This document shows, in pieces, positions 59,685 through 64,000 of a DNA stretch of 64,000 nt. Location: assembly GCA_021613535.1 (NCBI GenBank), contig CP075496.1, forward strand, positions 10,540,001 to 10,604,000. Direction: 5' to 3'. The translations under genes were made by a program, and so were the position numbers. The notes under the pieces are model-generated. The model made no database searches and had not been told where the DNA came from. It worked only from the letters and a program-made list of their open reading frames with translations. This stretch comes from Adineta vaga. Lineage: Eukaryota > Animalia > Rotifera. Every line of letters starts with the position of its first letter. Position 1 is the stretch's first letter.

Positions 59685-61625
59685 CTATGTAGTACGTTGT
59701 CGTTTAACAGTTGGTGTCGTACTATGTAGAATATCTTGTCGACATATGGGACATTTTCTCAAGTCTTCTTCTTGTTTAGTAGCGCAATCATTACATAAAC
59801 ATTGATGACCACATGGAAGTAAAATAACTGAAGTATTATTTGTTAAACAAATACAACAAATATCGGCAGTAGTACTTGCTGTTTTGTTTATAATAGTATC
59901 AGTTAGCTTTTCAAGCAATTCTTCAGTTTTTAAATTGCCTTTGATACTATGTTGTTTAGCTAATGTTTGTAAATCTCGACGTGGTATTGTATCAAGTGAT
60001 GGTAATGTTTTTTTAACAATTGGCGTAAGATTTGTAACAGTAGTAGTTGCAGCAGCTACTACTGTTGTCACGAGTGGAGGTAGATGAAGATCATTATTTA
60101 AAGGTATGTCATCTTCTTGTGCAATATCCAATAAATGTTTATATTCTTCATCATTCAATGATTGATCGTTGAGAAAAGCCATTTCTTTATTGAAATATTC
60201 GACCAAACGTGGAAATTGTCGACGCATTGTTTGATATTCATCAATAATTTCAGGTGTTGCTGATGCTTGACGCAATTTTAAATAACGTTTCATAAATGCA
60301 GTGTAACGCACAAGTAAAATAGCTTTACGTATTCCTGAATGCGAGAATGAATCAATATTCTTGTGAAATTCAAATTCTTGTTCATTTGTTTGTCGAATAC
60401 CAGAAACTGTATCCCATGATGTATTGATTTTGAATTTGTTCGTTTGTTCTTCTTCTCCTTCTTTTTTCGTATCAATAATACGAAATAGGAGACATCCACC
60501 ACGTACTTCATTTTTGTCATTCATTGGTGATGGAAATTCCGTAATTAATTTAATTGATTGACGAGTTTGAATTGGATCTTGAAGTTGATGAACTTCAGGT
60601 GATCCATATCCTTGTTCAAGTATATATCGTTCGCCTAAAAGTTTCAATTCAATATTAAATCCAATTGGTGTAACTGTATAATGAAATTCTGTATTCATTA
60701 ATTCATCAAATGTTCGAGCATTTCGAACATTACAATAATTACAACCAATTGTACGTGATACCGATTGAATAACTTCAGCACCTAAATCAAGACCAACACC
60801 AACAACAGTTGACCATATTGTTTGATCTTGTGCATTACGTTCAATACGTTCTAGAAATTTTTTACCATCATCTCTCGATACTTCCATATCGGTAAGAAAG
60901 AAAATACGACGACTAATCATATTATTATCATCTTTCAAACCTTTGGTATCAATCGTACTGTTGTATAATTCACTTGAAACTTCAATTGCTCGACTAATAT
61001 TTGTACCACCAGTAGAACGTAATTTCAGAATTTTCTCTTCCAGTTGTTTTTTATCTATTGAAGATAGTTTTTCAATGGGCTGTAAAACAGTTGCTGCATG
61101 ATTGAAAAGAACAATACCAAGTGCATCATCAGGTGTCAATTGTTTCAATAATGTTAGTAGTGATTGTTGTGCTACTTGCAATTTTGTTTTACCAGGTTCG
61201 CCTTCAAATCGGTCGGACATCGAACCAGATATATCAAGTGTAATAACTAAATGAAGTCGACAATGATAGGTATGAATACCAGGACCATCGAGACAACTAT
61301 TAAAATTCACACTTAACCAATGTTCTTGATTTTGTGTTCCATTTTCTAATGGATTAACTGTAGTAGCAATACCATAGGATGGTAAGAATAAATCTACAGT
61401 TGTTCGTTGTGATGCAAAATAATGTGCATAGAATGAACTTTCATAACTAACATCATAGTTAACATCAACTGGTGCTGCAGCTTCAAGTTCAGTTTCCGTA
61501 ACTGCTGCTTTGCCTTGTTGTTTAGCTTCAGCTTGTTTTCGTTGAGCGTATGCGTGAAATACTACAGTTTTTCGCGGTGCTTTACCACCTGTAGACTTAC
61601 GAGCTGTTTGCTTTGTACGAGCCAT
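59685..61625 (-). CDS. Intronless chimeric protein: histone H3 N-terminal tail + VWA domain + SAP-like motif + RING finger + NLS
   Basis: Starts MARTKQTARKSTGGKAPRK; VWA LVITLDISGSM...GGTNI...FFLTD; DLQTLAKQHSIKGNLKTEELL; RING CCIC...LPCGHQCLCNDC...CPICR; ends PTVKRQRTT. Confidence 0.9.
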   Translation of the reverse strand: MARTKQTARKSTGGKAPRKTVVFHAYAQRKQAEAKQQGKAAVTETELEAAAPVDVNYDVSYESSFYAHYFASQRTTVDLFLPSYGIATTVNPLENGTQNQEHWLSVNFNSCLDGPGIHTYHCRLHLVITLDISGSMSDRFEGEPGKTKLQVAQQSLLTLLKQLTPDDALGIVLFNHAATVLQPIEKLSSIDKKQLEEKILKLRSTGGTNISRAIEVSSELYNSTIDTKGLKDDNNMISRRIFFLTDMEVSRDDGKKFLERIERNAQDQTIWSTVVGVGLDLGAEVIQSVSRTIGCNYCNVRNARTFDELMNTEFHYTVTPIGFNIELKLLGERYILEQGYGSPEVHQLQDPIQTRQSIKLITEFPSPMNDKNEVRGGCLLFRIIDTKKEGEEEQTNKFKINTSWDTVSGIRQTNEQEFEFHKNIDSFSHSGIRKAILLVRYTAFMKRYLKLRQASATPEIIDEYQTMRRQFPRLVEYFNKEMAFLNDQSLNDEEYKHLLDIAQEDDIPLNNDLHLPPLVTTVVAAATTTVTNLTPIVKKTLPSLDTIPRRDLQTLAKQHSIKGNLKTEELLEKLTDTIINKTASTTADICCICLTNNTSVILLPCGHQCLCNDCATKQEEDLRKCPICRQDILHSTTPTVKRQRTT

Positions 61626-62382
61626 CGCGATTGACGTAAAATGAAAAATGATAGAGAAATCAGGTAAGACATATTCTTATATATTCGCTGGACGAGAATG
61701 TGTAATTGCAAAATATCTGCTCAATTTAGTGAACGAGAAAGAAATAACAAAAAACTAATATCTCAATACGAAGCACAGAGTGATAAAAAGAATATATTTT
61801 CTGCATCGGCCTTTTTAGAGGTAACAGATTGACAACAGATAGAGATATTACGAAATGAAATGTAACCAAACACATGAGTCATTCGAGATCAACCAATGAA
61901 ATTTGTTTTCGAAGTACTTGTCAGAAACCTATTTCATATACGAAAGATTACACTAGTTGACAACTATAGAAGAAATATTGTAAATATCTTTTTTCAGTGA
62001 TCATATTCAAATTAGTATATGAACGAATAGGTATTCTTTAAAGAGAAAAAAACATTAAGTTTATATCGAAAGATGTATTCTATATTAACTTCAATTGCAA
62101 AAAAAAATACAACTCGATTACATGATTGATACGTTCAATCTTCCCAAATTCAAATACAAATATACTGTTCTACCACAAAGATATATATACAAACAAATTC
62201 ACGAAAAAAAAACACATAAGAATTCTGTTCAATAGTTCATCACTCATTAAGTCATCGTCTCTTTCCAATTTTCATCTCTATGGAATACGATCTGATAGTT
62301 AAATTCTGATTTTATGGTCGAAATAAAATATAATTCTATCAAAGCACGTAACTGACATTTTCTGTTATGATATAAAAACTAT

Positions 62383-62925
62383 TTACACCATATCTTCATC
62401 ACTTTGTCCAATACGTGTTCGTTGTTCTGATGGTGATGAATTGTAACGATAACTTTGCTGTTTATTATCGAAATAATCATTTATTGACGGCTTTGTTTCA
62501 TCAACTTCTGTAATACCACCACCACCCAATAAAAACTCATCATCTGGTGTTAATTGTTCAAATTCATTTGCATAGAGATCTTCAGCAGTTGGTCGTCGAC
62601 ATCCTAATAAATATCCAATAATTCCAACAACAGCGATTATTAAAAACACCATTGCAAAAGCAATCAATACGACAGACCAAAATGGAAAGAAACCTATGTG
62701 AAAGAAATGATTATTGAATAAAAGAGAATAATGATAAAAATTACCGCGAAGTAAATAATCAGGATTGACACGATTGAACATATCTGTTCGTCGACTTCCA
62801 GACATTTCGTAATGTGTTCGAGCTCCATAACCCAAATCATGTTGTTCTCGTAATTGATCTGGTGTTAAAAACTGACTATCACAGATGATAATAAACGTTA
62901 GTAATAATCCTAAGTAGAAATTCAT
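62383..62925 (-). CDS. Small type I membrane protein of unknown function (2 exons)
   Basis: Signal peptide MNFYLGLLLTFIIICDS, in-frame 51-bp intron 62694-62744, TM FWSVVLIAFAMVFLIIAVVGIIGYLLG, acidic Tyr-containing tail. Confidence 0.7.
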   Translation of the reverse strand: MNFYLGLLLTFIIICDSQFLTPDQLREQHDLGYGARTHYEMSGSRRTDMFNRVNPDYLLRGNFYHYSLLFNNHFFHIGFFPFWSVVLIAFAMVFLIIAVVGIIGYLLGCRRPTAEDLYANEFEQLTPDDEFLLGGGGITEVDETKPSINDYFDNKQQSYRYNSSPSEQRTRIGQSDEDMV

Positions 62926-64000
62926 TTTTCGTAACGAAAACATCAGAGAAATCTTTTATATCTATACAACCTGTTACTGCCTTGACAATCATCATACTCT
63001 GCTAAGAGACCATCAACGAATATGTATGTATATGTATATGAGTAAAAAGAAGTGAAGAAGAAAAAAAAGAACGAGAAATGGGTCACCAAATGTAATTTTC
63101 AATAGGAGCACCAGTGAGAGAAAAGTAAAAATGAAAGAGAAAGAAAGAAAGAAAGAAAAAAAGAATGAAGAACTGAATATTATGAGCTCAAATAAAGCAC
63201 TAAGAAAAACGTCAAAAGAAGAGAATGTGTCGTTTGTCGAAAGAAAAAGAAAAAAACAGAACTATCATTTCTTCTCTTTTTTTTAACATACTGTTACATG
63301 TTCTGTATTTGTCATTCAATATGTCCTTCGCCAAAGAAAGGAAGTGTACACTACACTTTGACCAATAAATGTTATATTTGCATGTGAGATATATATATAT
63401 ATATATTAGATCATTCGCTTTACCGTATAATTAGAAATATTTCAGTTTGATATAATTCACCATAAATCTTAGTTAAATATGAGTTAGAACTCAAATATAA
63501 TGCTTCAGAGATCATAGAATTCTTTAGATAGCACTTTTAATCTTAGATTACCAAGAAAAACAATCAATCAACTCGTTCATCATCCCCATTCGGCTCTTCA
63601 TATTCACACACACAGAAATACCCATAATATTAAATCAAAATCGTTTTCATACGTATACACAAAGAAAAAGGAAAATAGTAATAAAATACAAGACACACTC
63701 TAATACATCTGTCTAATCATACGCGAAACTGCGTACATGGATGATAATAATATTAATAATAATAGTAATGAAGAAGAAACTCATGATGATGATGATGATC
63801 AAGAAATGTAGTAATAGTGAAAAAAGAAACAGAAACAACAAGTAGGTAATACTTTTTCAGAAAAGAAAACAAAGAAAGCAAAACTTCTCATTGTTTCACT
63901 GCTAATAAAGACAAAATGGAAGGAAAAACACACATAAATATGTAGAAACATTATTGAGAAGAAGAAGAAGAAGAAGAGAAAACAAAAAAAAACAAAAATG

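Noticed and set aside
61569-61625. Canonical histone H3 gene or H3 variant
   Set aside because: Identity stops after K18. No histone-fold sequence follows in the ORF, which continues into a VWA domain.
61806-61826. Histone 3' stem-loop-like sequence GGCCTTTTTAGAGGT
   Set aside because: The stem is imperfect, and it lies upstream of and on the opposite strand to the H3-tail gene, so it cannot be its 3' processing signal.
63000-64000. Purine-rich and trinucleotide low-complexity tail as a possible coding or repeat array
   Set aside because: No sustained ORF or regular repeat-spacer structure; consistent with ordinary intergenic simple repeats.

Overview
AT-rich, gene-dense eukaryotic (metazoan) DNA with many short (mostly ~45-65 bp) GT-AG introns. 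Composition, intron size and gene content suggest a bdelloid rotifer (Adineta/Rotaria-like); this is inferred, not proven. About 25 protein-coding genes, in order: SSU72, a QRICH1/ZMYM-like DUF3504 gene, a Cys-rich type II membrane protein, a divergent homeobox gene, a TPR protein, EMC4, ZFPL1, an overlapping ORF pair ending in an NDUFB1-like ORF missed by the ORF track, an Ig-superfamily protein, a small mitochondria-targeted hydrophilic protein, OXR1/NCOA7, a CDK1/2-like kinase, DNAJC13, MFSD12, FBXW10-like, THEG-like, RSPRY1, a PTPN12-like phosphatase, EXOSC2, KIF19, a small membrane protein, a minimal PI3K-like kinase, an intronless 646-aa chimera and a second small membrane protein. The standout is the chimera (59685-61625, minus). 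It starts with an exact copy of histone H3 residues 1-18 (no histone fold), followed by a VWA domain, a SAP-like motif, a RING finger and an NLS, making it a candidate histone-tail-mimic E3 ligase. Other highlights are the apparent bicistronic NDUFB1 locus, operon-like gene spacing with splice acceptors just before start codons, a possible fungal-type mitochondrial hydrophilin and an internal OXR1 promoter. No rRNA, tRNA, CRISPR array or intact transposon was recognised. Family assignments are from recalled motifs, not database searches.
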